A stretch of DNA of 64,000 bases from Hyaloraphidium curvatum SAG 235-1 (taxonomy: Eukaryota; Fungi; Monoblepharomycota): the NCBI GenBank assembly GCA_025558095.1, contig JAIVFI010000014.1, forward strand, positions 496,001 to 560,000, written 5' to 3'. The notes beneath the pieces are model-generated. The model had not been told where the DNA came from and did no database searches. It saw only the letters and a list, made by a program, of their open reading frames with translations. Positions 23,987 through 37,100 of this stretch are shown piece by piece. Each line of letters begins with the position of its first letter. The first letter of the stretch is position 1. A program made the position numbers and the translations under genes.

Positions 23987-25174
23987 CTAGCTGCTTGGCT
24001 GAAGGACCTCGCCATCAACTACCAACATCTCCGCTTGGTCTCCAGATGACACCTCGTGGAGCCCAACGTCCAGCAGCAGGAGTCTTTTGGAGCCATCTTT
24101 CGCCTCTCTGAGCCCAGAGACCAGCCTCGGTTCTGAGCTCCCAAAGTACAGCGTGTGCGCCTTGCCAGCCTTCGCTTCCTCCCCCTCGGTCCACGGCACG
24201 AGCTCGCGCGCCAGTGTCCTGTGCCCGGTGTGCCCGGCGATCTGGTCGAATCCCTGCGGCAACCAATCTGGTGCGTACCTCCTGGGTGTCGACTCGTTCC
24301 ACTCCCAGTGCCGATCAGCAATCTTGGGGCGGTTCGGATTCGACGGCCTGTGAGCTAACAATCCCCCGGCTTCCTCCCCCACAGTGCCGGAAATGTGGAG
24401 AGGCGAGAGATCCAGCGCATACTGCGCGTCGCCCGACGTCCAGCGAACCGCAGCGGCCGAAACGGCTCGGGCTAGGTGCTTTTCCAGGGCCCGTGACACT
24501 TCGGTCGCCGACGCGTCAAGCGGCAGGCCCAGAAGCCGGAGTTCCCGATTCGTCACGGCCGCATGAGTGGCAAGAAAGTCTGCTCCTTGGTGCCTGATAA
24601 CGCAGGAGAGTCGGTAACGGCCGCGGAGGAGCAAGCCCTGTACGAGCGCCCTCTGGGCCTCGGTCCAGGTGAAGAAATCCCGCCGCAGCATCCCAGCGTT
24701 GGGCACCGCGTGCCTCTTTGCGAAAGCGCCCTCCAAGTCCGGGTTTCCCTTCGCCGCATAGGCCTCCGCCCTCGCCGCACGGAAACGTTCGTCATTCCAC
24801 CCAGCAAACTCCATGACACGGACCGCATCATGGTTCCCCAACAGCATTACGGTTTGCGCCGGCGGATGTGCCGCAAGCCACGCCAGCACGGCCTCCCCCT
24901 CGCGGCCCCTTTCGGCGGCCACCGCGGGATCGTCGCGCGGCGGCGAGTCGAAGTCAAAGTGGTCTCCTATGGAGACGACGCCAACATCCTGGCGGAGCCA
25001 ACCCGTGTCCGCAAGCGCGCCATGTGCATCCAACGCCTCGGCGAGGGTCTGGAAAGGCGCCTGCGGGTCGCCGAAAGCCAGCCAACGGCGGACGGGAGAC
25101 GTAACAGCGGGCGCCAACGCGCCGCGAAGAGCGTCCAAGGCGCGGGCCCGGGCCAACGGTACCCGAGCTGCCAT
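23987..25174 (-). CDS. Calcineurin-like metallophosphoesterase, bacterial-like, intronless
   Basis: Metal-binding motifs GDPQ, GDHFD, GNHD, THA and GHT in canonical order in a 395-aa ORF. Confidence 0.85.
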   Translation of the reverse strand: MAARVPLARARALDALRGALAPAVTSPVRRWLAFGDPQAPFQTLAEALDAHGALADTGWLRQDVGVVSIGDHFDFDSPPRDDPAVAAERGREGEAVLAWLAAHPPAQTVMLLGNHDAVRVMEFAGWNDERFRAARAEAYAAKGNPDLEGAFAKRHAVPNAGMLRRDFFTWTEAQRALVQGLLLRGRYRLSCVIRHQGADFLATHAAVTNRELRLLGLPLDASATEVSRALEKHLARAVSAAAVRWTSGDAQYALDLSPLHISGTVGEEAGGLLAHRPSNPNRPKIADRHWEWNESTPRRYAPDWLPQGFDQIAGHTGHRTLARELVPWTEGEEAKAGKAHTLYFGSSEPRLVSGLREAKDGSKRLLLLDVGLHEVSSGDQAEMLVVDGEVLQPSS

Positions 25175-25508
25175 CTTGAAGGGTCTGCGACCCCTGGGAC
25201 GCGCGATTGGTCCGGCCGGAGCGCGGGGAAACGATCGTCAACCGATGCAACTCGTCCGTTGCTGTTGGGGCGTCCGATACTGGGCCTTCGTGCTCAGGAG
25301 GTAATGCGTTGACCTCGAGCAACGCGGCACTGTTCGCTTTGGGGCGCGTTGTTTTCTTCGCGCGAACTGTCGGCGACCTGCTCCGTCTGACGATTCGCCG
25401 CCGCTCAAATGAAGCTCGTGCTCTTCCAATCTACATTCTTACACTTGCCATCTTGGTTTACACTTCTCCATTTCTTTGTACAGTTTCTTTTGTTGACGAT
25501 TCCGCCGT

Positions 25509-26582
25509 TCAAAGCTTCATGTTGGCAAGGCTTCGCAGGTTGTCCCAGTTGCCCGAGGTGTCGATCATCTGGCACATTTCCAGGACGGGCTCACTATCGT
25601 CGCCGTTGGACACGTGAGCCACGAAATGAACCAGAGGGGTGAGAATTTGGAGCGAGCGATCGACGCCTTCGAGGCCCTCCTTGATGACCTCGGGCGGGAC
25701 GGAGCGGCCCGTCTTCTTCGCTCTAGCCTCGATCCTCTGGCGCAGTACTTCCTCGGGGGCAGAGATTTTGATGAGGCAGATCCGATAGTGGGGGTAATCA
25801 ACCGCGAACTGCTTGAAGAGCGTAGTAAAGTAGTTTGCATCCTTGAGGGTGCCGTCGACCCAGATGTTCTGCCTCTCCTCCATGGCGACGTGCTGAACAA
25901 GCTCAGCTATGAGCCCCGATTCGCGATGGCAGAGCGCTGCTGCCTTTTCGCCGACTTGCTTCAGGTAGTGCGGCCACTCGGGCATAGCCGCCTTAATGCG
26001 ATCGGGGTCGATTTGCACAACGTTCTCGAGAGGCAAATACCCTTTCTCGCTCATCCACGAGAGGACATAGCTTTTGCCGGCTCCCGGGGGGCCCGCGGTG
26101 TAGATCAAGAAAGGAGCATCCACCGGCGGGCTGCGAGCGCTGATTGATTGAACCAGGGAGTCCTGCCAGTGCTGCCGCAATTCGGCAAAATGAGCATGAT
26201 AGTCGTAGTCGCGCTTCTGGCGGGCATCGAGCAGCTGGCCGGCAAATGCGAATGGTTCGCCGGCGTAGTTCGTATGCGTAGGCTCGGTCCACTTGTAATC
26301 CTCCGGAACATCAAAAGCGGCGGGGCTCGAGTAGTCCGACACGATGGCACGGAGCAGAGTGCTCTCGGCAAAGCCGCGCCGGAACTCCTCGAAGTCTAGT
26401 TCGCCGGAGCCATCCGTGTCGAGAGCTCGAACCAGGCGAGTGACTTCGGCCGATGATAGCTGAATCTGCGTGCGGGCGACGATGGTTGCGAACTCGCTGG
26501 TCGAGATCGTTCCATTCTTGTCGGTGTCGGCCGCTTCGAACAGCGTGCGGAGCTCGGTTTCGGACAGTTTTGCGGCTAGCAT
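25509..26582 (-). CDS. EF-hand pair fused to a zeta-toxin-like P-loop kinase
   Basis: EF loops DTDKNGTISTSE and DTDGSGELDFEE, then YTAGPPGAGKS, IDPDRIK, HRES, VDGT and R...TGR.VP as in zeta toxin/PezT-type kinases. Confidence 0.85.
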   Translation of the reverse strand: MLAAKLSETELRTLFEAADTDKNGTISTSEFATIVARTQIQLSSAEVTRLVRALDTDGSGELDFEEFRRGFAESTLLRAIVSDYSSPAAFDVPEDYKWTEPTHTNYAGEPFAFAGQLLDARQKRDYDYHAHFAELRQHWQDSLVQSISARSPPVDAPFLIYTAGPPGAGKSYVLSWMSEKGYLPLENVVQIDPDRIKAAMPEWPHYLKQVGEKAAALCHRESGLIAELVQHVAMEERQNIWVDGTLKDANYFTTLFKQFAVDYPHYRICLIKISAPEEVLRQRIEARAKKTGRSVPPEVIKEGLEGVDRSLQILTPLVHFVAHVSNGDDSEPVLEMCQMIDTSGNWDNLRSLANMKL

Positions 26583-26789
26583 CCTGGTCGTCCCGCGTGC
26601 TATGCGCCGGCAGTGTCAGGGCGATTCTTTACAATTGCATGCGGCGTCTTTGCTCACTTTGATTATGCTCTCGGGGAGAAGCTTTTCTTTCGAGAAGACC
26701 CTGATGCGGTCGGCACGGCGGGCGGGCCCTGGGTTGCCCCGCGGCTCTCGATCACCACCGGCGTCGATCGAATCCCGCGTCATCCACCA

Positions 26790-29700
26790 ATGGCCGTGAA
26801 ATGGGGCGCGGCGATCAAGAAACCTACGGCATCTTCCGATGGACCCTCCTCGACACCTGCCGCGCGCGTGGAACCTGCCCAAGCAGCTTCTGTTCCGATC
26901 CCGACCTTGTCTCCCGTGGTCTTCGCGTCCCAGACATCTCCTCAAGTCCATGCGGCCCATGACGGAAAGGAAATCCCGAATGCGAAGCAAGATGTTCCGA
27001 AAGAGGCTAAACGGGACGCTGCGGGGGCGACGACGCGTCCAGGGGCCCTGAGCATTGTTGCAGAGGCGCAGCGCGAACGTCTCCGACGCGAACAGGAGAG
27101 GCTTACGGCAGCGGAGAAAAAGGAGAGGGAAGACACCGCCCGGAAGATCCAGCGATGGTACACGTCTCACCGGTTGCGCAAACGGGAACTGGAATCGTTG
27201 AGGCGGCAATGGGACGACGCGTCCGCGGAGATGGGCGCGAGCGCGGCTCCTTCGACGCCGCAAGGGGCTACTGCTGCCATTCTCCGAACTTTGCGCTCTG
27301 CCCAGCTGCTTTTGATCTTCTACGATCCGGCAAAAGATTCAGAGCGCCTCGCGAAGATGGCGCAGGTGCTCGCCGATGGAACTCCTTCGGTTCGGACAAG
27401 CATCACGACGCTATTGCTCAACCGTTCCTACGTGGCCGGTGTCATCAATGTGCTGAAACGGATTTGTCGGCTCTGTTACATCCAGCTGGGGAACAGCAGC
27501 CCCAAATCTAGCACTGTAGGATCGTGTCTTCGTTTCGTATTGCTCTTCCTGGACGCCAAGACCTACAAGCTGCCAAATGTCGGAACTGCCGGATCAAATG
27601 CCGCTGTTGAAATGAAGGCGCGTGACGATGTTCTCTCCTTTCTTTTCAGCGGACCGAACGGCGGCGGGAACGTGACCGAGTTCTACGCTTGCCTCGGCGC
27701 TACCCTGAACCAACAAGTGCCCCTGGCCGTCAGCACGAAAACAGCCACAAAGGGCCAAGGACCCGAAGCTGCTGAGAACCACAGCGTTTTTGTTTCGGCG
27801 CTACTTCTTATCGTGTCGCTGGTGGCATCGTGGCTGCAAAGCCGCCAGGGATCGCCCGCCGACGGTGAGGCTGCCAGCCACCTGCTCGAGTTTACTATCA
27901 ACATTCTCGGAGGTGTTCCCTTGGTAATCTTTCTGTCAAGCGGCGAATCGGTGGCAAAGCTGCAGCAAACGCAGCTTTTGGAGAGGGTGGTCGCACTTCT
28001 GACGTCGAAGGACTCTGAGAAGCTACGTGAAGGGGTCTTGTCGCGCCTGGGACCCGACGGACTGCTTGTTCTCCTGGAGAACATAGTCACCTTGTATCGC
28101 AGGACTCGATCAGCCGGGTTCCCGTCTCACGCGGACGCGAGCACCACAGACTCGTTGCAGCACCCTGATCTTCTCCGCTGCTTGACCGCGATTGTGCAAT
28201 CCGCCGAGTCTTTTGTTCTGGTTTCGACGAAGCAGAGCACGAGATCTGCCCAGACGACGACGTTTCACCATTTGCTCGGGTTCGTCAGTACTGCGACAGC
28301 TCTGTCGATCCCCGGCTCGGCCGGCACAAACGCGGCTTTTCGGCGTGTTCTGCAGCAGATTTCTTGGATTTGGTCCGCCACCGCACTGCGCGCAGGCTTC
28401 GGAAAGCTCCTTGGAGCGCGGTCTCCCATCACACCGGCGGGGTCGGGCATCGGTTCCAACTTGGCCCTGCTGGCAATTGACGTCAAGGACTGCTGCGAGT
28501 TTTACATCCAGCTAGCGGGCTTGCTGAAGCCTCATCGTACCGAGATCTATCAGTCGCTTGCTTTCTCTATTCCGGAGCTGTTGCCGTGCCTCTGGACGTT
28601 CATGAAGATGGTTTCTCGAGGCCCAGAATCCTGGGCCCAGTCAAGCCGAACCGCGGTGCAGTCGCTCACTACTGCCGTCCAAAACCTGAAGACTTCTGCC
28701 GCGGCAAAGCTGTCGTCGAAGTCGGACCGCATTTCGGAATCGGGATCCGGCGAACCTCCAGCGGCCAAGGCCGGGGCGCCAACTGGCATCCAAATGGACG
28801 TTTTCATTAGTGCCGTCAGAGCGGGTGACCCCAAGAGGGAGCCGCTCGTCTGGATTTTGGAGCTTTTCTGCGAAGGCACCGTCCTTCTCCTGTTGACGTC
28901 GGACGACGAGGAAGTTTACGTAAAGCAGAGACCGTTCAGCTTGGCCGAGCTAGCCGACATTTCGCTCTTCCTCAACAGCCTCCTGTTCCGAATCTACTTT
29001 AGCAACCTCGATTCGGTGCCCAAGCACGCGCAGCTCATAGACATTGCCAAGCGTCTTCTGGGTCTGCTGCACGATCGGAATGACCGCCGTGCTTTCCTCC
29101 GGGAGGAAGATTGGATCATCAAGGAAACGGCAATGATCGAGGCGTTCGATCCCAAGCGACTGGAAAGCGGCCTGAAGGGCGGTGTGAACAGGATCCTCGC
29201 TTCCGCGGCTCAGCTTTTCCGGCCGGAGTCCGCGGATGGGTTGACGGCTGCCGCGCGATCTGGGGCCGGACCGTTGCCGAGTCCGACGACCGTGCTGGAC
29301 AACCTGCCTCAGACCGTGCCTTTCCACGTGCGGGTGGCGCTTTTGCGGGACACCATCCGCGCCGAGAAGAACTCCGTCTCGACCGCGTCCTTTGCGCCGG
29401 TCAAGATTCGGAGGCGTTCCGTTCTCGAAGACGGCTTCCAGCATCTCGGACGTCTTTCGCCCTTTCAGCTCAAACAGCGCGTGACCATCAAGTTTGTCAA
29501 CGAGTTCGGGATGGACGAAATCGGAATCGATCAGAGCGGTGTGTTCAAGGAGTTCCTCGAGCAGCTCTGCAAGCGTGCTTTTTCGCCGGACGCCGGCCTT
29601 TTCCGTTCAATCCCCGGAACCGAAACAATAGTGCCCAATCCGCTGAGCGGGATGGTGCACGAGAACCACCTCCAGCTGTTCGAGTTCCTGGGCCGGATAC

Positions 29701-30721
29701 TCGGCAAGGCTCTGTATGAGGGCATCGTGATCGACGTTCCGTTCGGGCTGTTCTTCTATGCCAAGGTCCTCAACCGGTTCAACACCTTTGACGACCTGCC
29801 GTCGCTGGATCCGGACCTCTACAAGCAGCTTACGTTTGTCAAGCACTACGACGGCGACGTCGCCGACCTGGGCTTGACATTCAGCTTCGACGAGGAGGTC
29901 TTTGGCAAGTACGAGACCAGAGGTGAGCTACGAAACAGCAAGAGCATAAGAGCAGCATCCCTCATGTCGTTGGTTGCGCAGAGATCAAGCCTGGCGGTGT
30001 TGCCATCGACGTTACGAATGACAACAAGTTCGCTTACATCTACTTGCTCTCGGACTTCCACCTCAACCGGAAAGCCCGGGACCAGACCCTGGCGTTTATC
30101 AAGGGCTTCAAGTCGCTCATTCCGGACAGCTGGCTCCGCTTCTTTTCGCCGCTGGAGCTACAGCGCCTGCTCTCGGGCGAGGGAACGGACTTCGATGTGG
30201 CGGAGCTGCGCGCATGCGCCGCGTACGAAGGCGGGTACTCGGATGCGCATCCTACGATACGCGCGCTGTGGGAAGTGGTGGACTCGTACGACTCGGAGGA
30301 CAGGAAGCGATTCCTGCGCTTTGTCACGTCGTGCTCACGGCCGCCTGTCGGCGGCTTCGGATACCTGAACCCGAAGTTCACCATCCGCTACCTGCCTGAC
30401 GACGGTGCGGGAGATGCGGCGCCGGTGAACCCTCTCAAGGTGGTCGGCACGTACTTTGGCAGCGTGATCGGTGGCAAGGACATCGGGCGCCTGCCGACAA
30501 GCGCAACTTGCTTCAACCGCCTACTGCTGCCGTGGGTTATTTTGCGGGTCCATGCTGTCTGTTGTCTAATGGACCCGTAGGGCCTTCAAGAAGAAATCGA
30601 CACTGAAAGACCGGCTTACCTTTGCGGTTGGTGTGGTGTGCCAGTCGTCATCTCGTTGCTGACCTGGATCATCGCACTCCGCAACCAGATACGCAGCGGT
30701 GCCGGGTTTGAGCTTTCATGA
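26790..30721 (+). CDS. UBE3B: HECT E3 ubiquitin ligase, UBE3B/UBE3C(Hul5) type, with N-terminal IQ-like motif
   Basis: IQ-like KIQRWYTSHRLRK; EIGIDQSGVFKEF; GRILGKALYEGI; FVTSCSRPP; catalytic LPTSATCFN; ends GFELS after three short introns. Confidence 0.92.
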
Positions 30722-30921
30722 CTGGTTGACTGGGGGCCGAATCCTTCTTTCACGCCGATCAGCTTCCGGGGCGGGATTCGCAGGATCACCATTGTAGCTG
30801 AGGAGTAAGCTTCAATCGGTCATGATCAGACTCTGCAAGGCAAATGGCCGAGGAAATGAATCACGCTCCCCGCCATGCATGGTGTGCGGAAGTCGAAAGT
30901 GACCGTCGTCCCCGACGCACC

Positions 30922-33900
30922 ATGACGAACGCGACGAGGCCGGCCGCGGTCTATGGCCGGAAGGGCGCAGCGCCCAAGAAAGCGTACTCCTTTTCCTTCG
31001 ACACGCCGGAGAAAGGCGGTGCCGGCGCTCGTTCGGGAGGAGCCCCGGCCCCCGGGTCGGACCCGTTTGACTTTGACGAATCCGAGCCGCATACAGCGCC
31101 AACGCGCTCGATTCCGACACCGACAAAGCGTGGCGCTGCGCCAGCTGCGGACGGGAAGAAGGACGCGCCCGCACCCTCGCATTCTCAGGCTTCGGCGTCG
31201 TCGCGTTCGTCGCGCGGATCCAATGGCCAGAAATCGGCGGTTCCCGCTGCGAAGCCGGCCAGTGCCTCGGCGGCAGAAAAACCGTCAAAAGGCGCGCGGA
31301 AAACGCAGGATGCAAAGTCTGCAGGGACTGGCACATCGCTGAACCGGGCGCCGACATTGGACGCCTTCGATTTTCCCGACGACGACGATGCCGGGCCGGC
31401 TGCCCTTCGCAAGCCGCCGCCGGCAAAGGTGCCCCCGGCAAAAGCGTTGCCAGTTAAAGCGACGCGGCAGCCGGCTCGTGGGAAACCAAAGCCCCGCGAA
31501 CCGTCGCCAGATCCAGAGGAATTGGACCCCTGGATGCGCCCGGACTCATCGACGAACCGGGAGCACCCACCATCGCAGCCTTCCTCGCCGCCGGCGCGCC
31601 GGACACCGAAGAAGCCGAAGCCACCGAGCTTCACGGAACGGCTTTTGAGTTCTCCGCGCAGCGAAGGAGACGACTATTTCGAAGTTGCTTATGTGCCTTC
31701 GCGCCCAGCCTCGAAATCGGCACCCGCTGTGCCGATGCAGTCTTCTGGATCCGCACAGGTGGACGATGGTTCCGAGGACGAGCTATCCCAACCATCTCAG
31801 TTCTCGCAGGCTTCCCGAGGTCCGAAGCGGAACCTGTTCCGCGATATGCCGCGGCCTTCGGACCCGTTTTCTCTCATTGACTCGTTGGATGCCTTCTCGG
31901 CCTCCGAAGCTGCGGACCGGAAGCGCGCCGGCCTGGCCAAGAGGATGCGCGATGCAGTTGGGAGGGAGGTGGATCCGCTTCGCGATCCCCCGCCAGAACA
32001 GGATCCCGAACTGGAGCGGTCGCCGAAGAAGCGATCCCCGACGAAACCTCCACCGGCAGGGCGAAGTGCGCCGCCGCCTCGGGCTTCACCTCCGGGAAAG
32101 CTGCGTGCCGCGGAACCGGAGGCCACGGGACGAGACGTAGAGATGCAGATGGCCATTCGAGCTGTCCTCTCTGCCGACGATGGTGGTGCCGGAAAGGCCA
32201 TTGTTGGCATCAGCAAGATGGTTGGCAGCTTAGTCGGCGCCGAGAGTATGCTTCAGGGGGACGAAGCAGTCCAGCAGGACAGTCAGGAGAGCCAGCCTGG
32301 TGTCGGCAGCCAGCAGGACGGTGGTCAACGGTCGTCCCAGGCACGTGGAGCGAGAACATACGGCCGAGGCAGGGGCCGGGGAGGGATGGCGGGTGCCGCC
32401 TCGGCACCAGGGCCCATGGACTTGGCGGCAGTTGCGGACATGGGTCGAGAAAAGGAACCCCAACCCGCGGAAGATTCGGACGAAGACGTAAGTGTCCACT
32501 GACCGGAGCATGATCACCGATACTCAACTTACCCCAATAGCAACGGACCCGTGTCCAATCCAAGCACGCCTTGACCCATTCTGGTGCCTCGCGCATCTTC
32601 CTTGATGGAATCGAGTACCTCTTGTCTGGTCTACGCGAACCTTTGGGTCCCAGACGGACCGCTTCGATAGAGCTCGTGCGCCGTCTCGGTAACGAGGCTT
32701 TTCGCGCCGACGTTCGGCTCCACGGCGTCGGGGGGAGACTTGTGGAAGCTTTCGTTGCTCAGGAAGATCCCATCGTGCTGGCCGGTGCGGCTGCTGTGCT
32801 GGCGCACCTCATGACGGACAGGAGGATCGCGGAGCCACTGGTGGCGGAGGAGGGCTGTCCTGCGCTGGAAATCGCGGTCAGGTGCTTCAAGGTTCAAGAC
32901 CCGCTTGCAGGCTGGGGCGGGAAAGCGGAAAAGTCGAAGCTGAAAGAGCTCAAGGATGTGCTTTCGCAGCCTGGGACTCCCTGGGATCCAATCCGGGATG
33001 AGGTAGGACGCTGTCGCTTCCTCACGCAATCGCCATTGACGGTTGTTGTAGCTCTCTCTGCCTGCTCTTGCGGTGTTATCCCTTGACCGCATCCTGTCGC
33101 ACGCCCACCGTGATGCAGCTACCCAACTTGCCTCCTTGGACGGCCTCGGTCCCCTCCTTTCCCTCCTGCACCTGGTTTCCCGGGTCGGAAAGCACGCTAG
33201 CCTCTTCATCGCCGAAAGAGCGCTTCGGGCGTTGGAAGCCGCGACTATGCTTCACCAGGACAACCAACGCACGGCCCTGGAAGCACCCGGTGCCTTGGAG
33301 TCGGTGGTCTCGATCATGCGGGCTGCTGAAGGGGCGGCCTCGGACGCAGCTCTATCCAATGACGAGAAGCGGCAAGGTTTGTCGCAGTGGTCCTTGTGCC
33401 GATGTCTAGCATTGACATCTGTCGATTGGCAAGCCACCGACACTCGTATCGCCGCTCTCAAGTCCCTGGTCAACCTTTCCAACGACCATGCTCCTTGCGC
33501 ACTGCGATTGCGCGGCCTCGGGGCCATTCCTCCACTCATGCGCGCCGTGCTCACCCCGCCGACATCGGACGATCCTGCTAGAGCTTACGACACCGTCGTT
33601 CTCGCGACTGGCCTATTGATTAACCTTACCGGCTTGGATCCCCAGGCTGGAGAGGAAGTGCGCGCAGTCTCGATCGGGAGCAAGGGTGGCATCGAGGGTC
33701 TGGTGGACCTCTTTCGGAAAGGAAGGGTGGAGAAATTTGTCGGTGGCGAAGGCAGCGCGGTACGTCTGTCGATCGAGGCTCTATGCGAATCTCTCCTGAT
33801 GTCCCGGACATGCTTCAGGAGGATGCCGAGCGCGACCGCAACGTGCTCCTTTCGTACATCGCCTTGCTGCTGGGCTGCCTCGTGCGTCACTCGGACACAT

Positions 33901-34097
33901 GCCTCGCCACCGTCCGACCGCTGCTACCCGGCGGGGACCTTTCGTCGCTCCGGCGGCAGCTCGAGGACTTTGCTGCTTACCAGCGTGCCATTGTCTATGC
34001 CCGGGAGGGCTCCGGGGAGCACGTGGCGGCGGGGGAGCAGGTCGAAAGGGACGTCATCGAGATGGTCGAGATCCTTCGCGAAAGAGATGGATTGTAG
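30922..34097 (+). CDS. WAPL: Cohesin release factor WAPL (Wpl1/Rad61), multi-exon
   Basis: Long disordered N-terminus with YGR motifs, then FLDGIEYLLSGL..RRTASIEL..FR..VR.HG (WAPL domain start) and HEAT-like repeats (LVNLSND, GLLINL). Confidence 0.8.
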
Positions 34098-34172
34098 ACA
34101 CAGGATGGCCTAATACAATGGGCCACGGCATACCAGGTATCATCTGCACGAGTGTATAGTCGTTCTTCGGTA

Positions 34173-37100
34173 TCAGCCGGCCGGCGTGGGATCGAAGCGT
34201 TCGATCGCAATGCGGATCTTGGACTTTCGGAAAGAGTCGCACATTGCCATGCAATGCGCAAAGAGGCGAGTCTTCTCTTTCGCCGTGAGAGCAGAAAGGA
34301 GGGACGCGCGAATGGTGCGGACGAGCAGGTCTTCGTCAAAGGCTGCGATGTCAATCAGCGAGGAATCGAAGCGGGCCGGGCACAAGAGCTCTCACTTCGG
34401 CCGTCTCTCTGGAACAGCTTCGTGATTTCGTAGCGCCAGTCAACGAACGTCTTGCCCGCGTCCGCCTCGACATCGGCGGCCTCTCCCAGCATCCGGGCGG
34501 CGACCTCGGGCACGTCGATCGGGCCCGCCGGCGACGTGGGCCACTTGACGTTCTCGTCCGGCTCGATCGGCGAGGCCGGTTGCGAGGACCTACGCTCCGC
34601 GACCACCGCGTCCGACGGGCCGTAGAGTTCCTCCTCGTCGTCGAGCTCGATCTCCTCGATCTTGCGCTTCCGTCCGGCCTGCTCCGGCGATTTCGGAGGG
34701 GCGGGGCTTTCCACGACCTGCTCCATCCAGTCCTCGTCCTTCCACTCGCGGTCGATCTTCACCTCCAGCGGGGTGGCGGGCGGCGATGAGGGCCGCGCAT
34801 AAGCAGCGTCGTGCGCGTGAAGCCCGTCCTCGTCGCAGTTGAAGCCCAGGGCTCGCCTCTGCTCCGGGGACGGCGGCACGAGGCGCGACGGATCGAATGG
34901 CCGCTCGGGCTTCCAGCTCCGGCGCATCTTGTGCTTCCGCCGCACGGGGATCCCAGACAGCGAGACCTGCGACGACCGCGACGAGGCGGTGCTTCTGCTC
35001 GCGGCGTCCGAGTCGTCCACGACGTAGTTGAACGCCTGCGCCTCGTTGTCGATCTCGTTCGACTCGTCCGGCGGCGGGGATTCTTCCAACTCGGGAGTCC
35101 GTTCGTGGAGGAGCTTGTACGGGTTCCCGAAAGCCTGCCGCCTCCACCTGTCCAGCTGCTCCTCGTCCATGTGCGGATCGCGCAGCTGGTGCCGGTTCAT
35201 GGCGGCGGAAAAGTCCCCCATCTCCGAAATCGGCACATCGTGCTTCCCCCCCGGCGGATCGTGCGACGGATCCGACGGCACCAGCCCCCTCCGGCCCGCG
35301 GAGGTTGGCAGCGAGAGGCCAAAGGCCTGGAAGATGGCCAGCCGCATGTCCTGCAGTCGGACAAAGAGCTCCGGGCCGGGCACGCTTGCGGGATCCTTGA
35401 CCAGGCGCGCTCGGATGGATTCGGCTGACGGTTCTGTGCGGGAAGAGGGCTTGGTGGGTGCCTTGGGGAGCTGGACGGGGGCGAGCTTTTCGAACTCGGC
35501 CTTGGCCTGTGGGCGAAAAGCATGTACACGTCAGAACTTCAATCCAGACGAGCAGCTGTCCGACCCACCTCGTTCTTGATCTTTCCGTTCAGGGACGCCA
35601 CCCTCCTGTCCACGTAGGCGCGCCAGAGGTCGTCCGGGAAGAGCTTCCCCTGCTCCACCTTCTTGAGCAGGTTCCGGATCGGTTGCCACTCGTAGATGGG
35701 CACCGACTTGAGGTAGTTGCGGAACTCGCCGTGCCACTTCTTCGGCGGCGCGATGGGTGCCACGCGGTAGCACCCGACTGGCAGCCCCCGTCAGCAAAAA
35801 GACCCCACCTCGGAATGTCAGAGGACCCACCAAACAGCACAAAGAACCTCTTGGGATCGTACGGCAGCACGTGCAGATGCACCGTGGACCCCGTCGAGTT
35901 CATCCTCAGGAACCCGAACGGCTCCCCGATCCCCGGCTCCCTGCCGCTGCCCCTGACGTGCACCATCCAGCACGTCCCCGCCGGCCGCGCGGCGAGCTTC
36001 TCGGTGAGGGGGGAGTAGGCGACGGCGAACTTGTCGGCCTGGACGCCGTTGGGGAGGGAGAGGGAGGTGTCGATGAGCGAGACGGAGATGAGGGGGACGG
36101 CGGAGGCGCTGGGCTGCGGGCGTAGGGCGGGTGAGCGGGTCTGCAGCGCGAGGGGGCGAGGCGACGCGACGCACGATGTTCTTGAGCCCGACGTCGCACC
36201 AGAAGGGCTCGGGGATGGGCCAGTTGGCGAAGCCCTGCTTGGCCTTGTCGTGGAATATCGTCGCCTTGAACAGGCCCCCCGCCGGGGACCCGTCCGCTGC
36301 CGCACCATCGCTCGAGACGGTCGCGACCCCGCCGCACGGGACGACCCACCGTCCATCAGCTCCCACGTCGCGTTCATCCCCACCTCGAACAGCACCGGCC
36401 TCTCGGGCCTCACCCCCGCGTGCAGACCCCTCCTGTCCCCGCCGACAATGTTCTCGACGGTCCAGAGCATCGCCCGCGCCGACGGGACGAAGTACGCGTC
36501 GCCGCCCATGTCGCCGGCCATCGCGGTCGCCTGGGCGAGGAGGTTGGGGGGCGCGGTGGGGGGTTCGGATTGCAGGAGGAGGGTGGAGAGGCGCTGGTCC
36601 CAGCGGAAGGGCTCGAGGAAGTGATTCGCACCCGGGGTGCGGAGGCCGGGGATCGAGATCTGCGGGCATGGACGAGTCTTGTCAGCCCACAGGCAGACGG
36701 CGGCCCCGCTCGGTTGCCCACCGTTTCGCCCTCGGCGCCCGGCGCCGACGACGCCCGCTCCGCGCACGTGTACCAAAAGACGAAGCACATCTCGTACCAC
36801 CCCACGAACCTCCCCTGCCCCCACGACCCCGATCAGCACCCCCTCATGATGGACACACACGAACGACCCACGAATCCGGCCGTGTCGTAGCCACCCGCGA
36901 CCCAGTTCAGGTTCAAATGCTCGAACAGCGCGTTGAACGCCCTGCCGACGTCGAACGCCTCGGATTCCGCGCGGAGGTTCTTGACCTGGGAGAGGAAGAA
37001 GGGGCGGGAGTCCTTGAGGTTGCACTTTGCGGGCCCGGAGGAGGTGAGCCGGGGGTACGGGGGGCAGGCGGTGCGGGTACCTTGAGCGCGCCGGGGCCGG

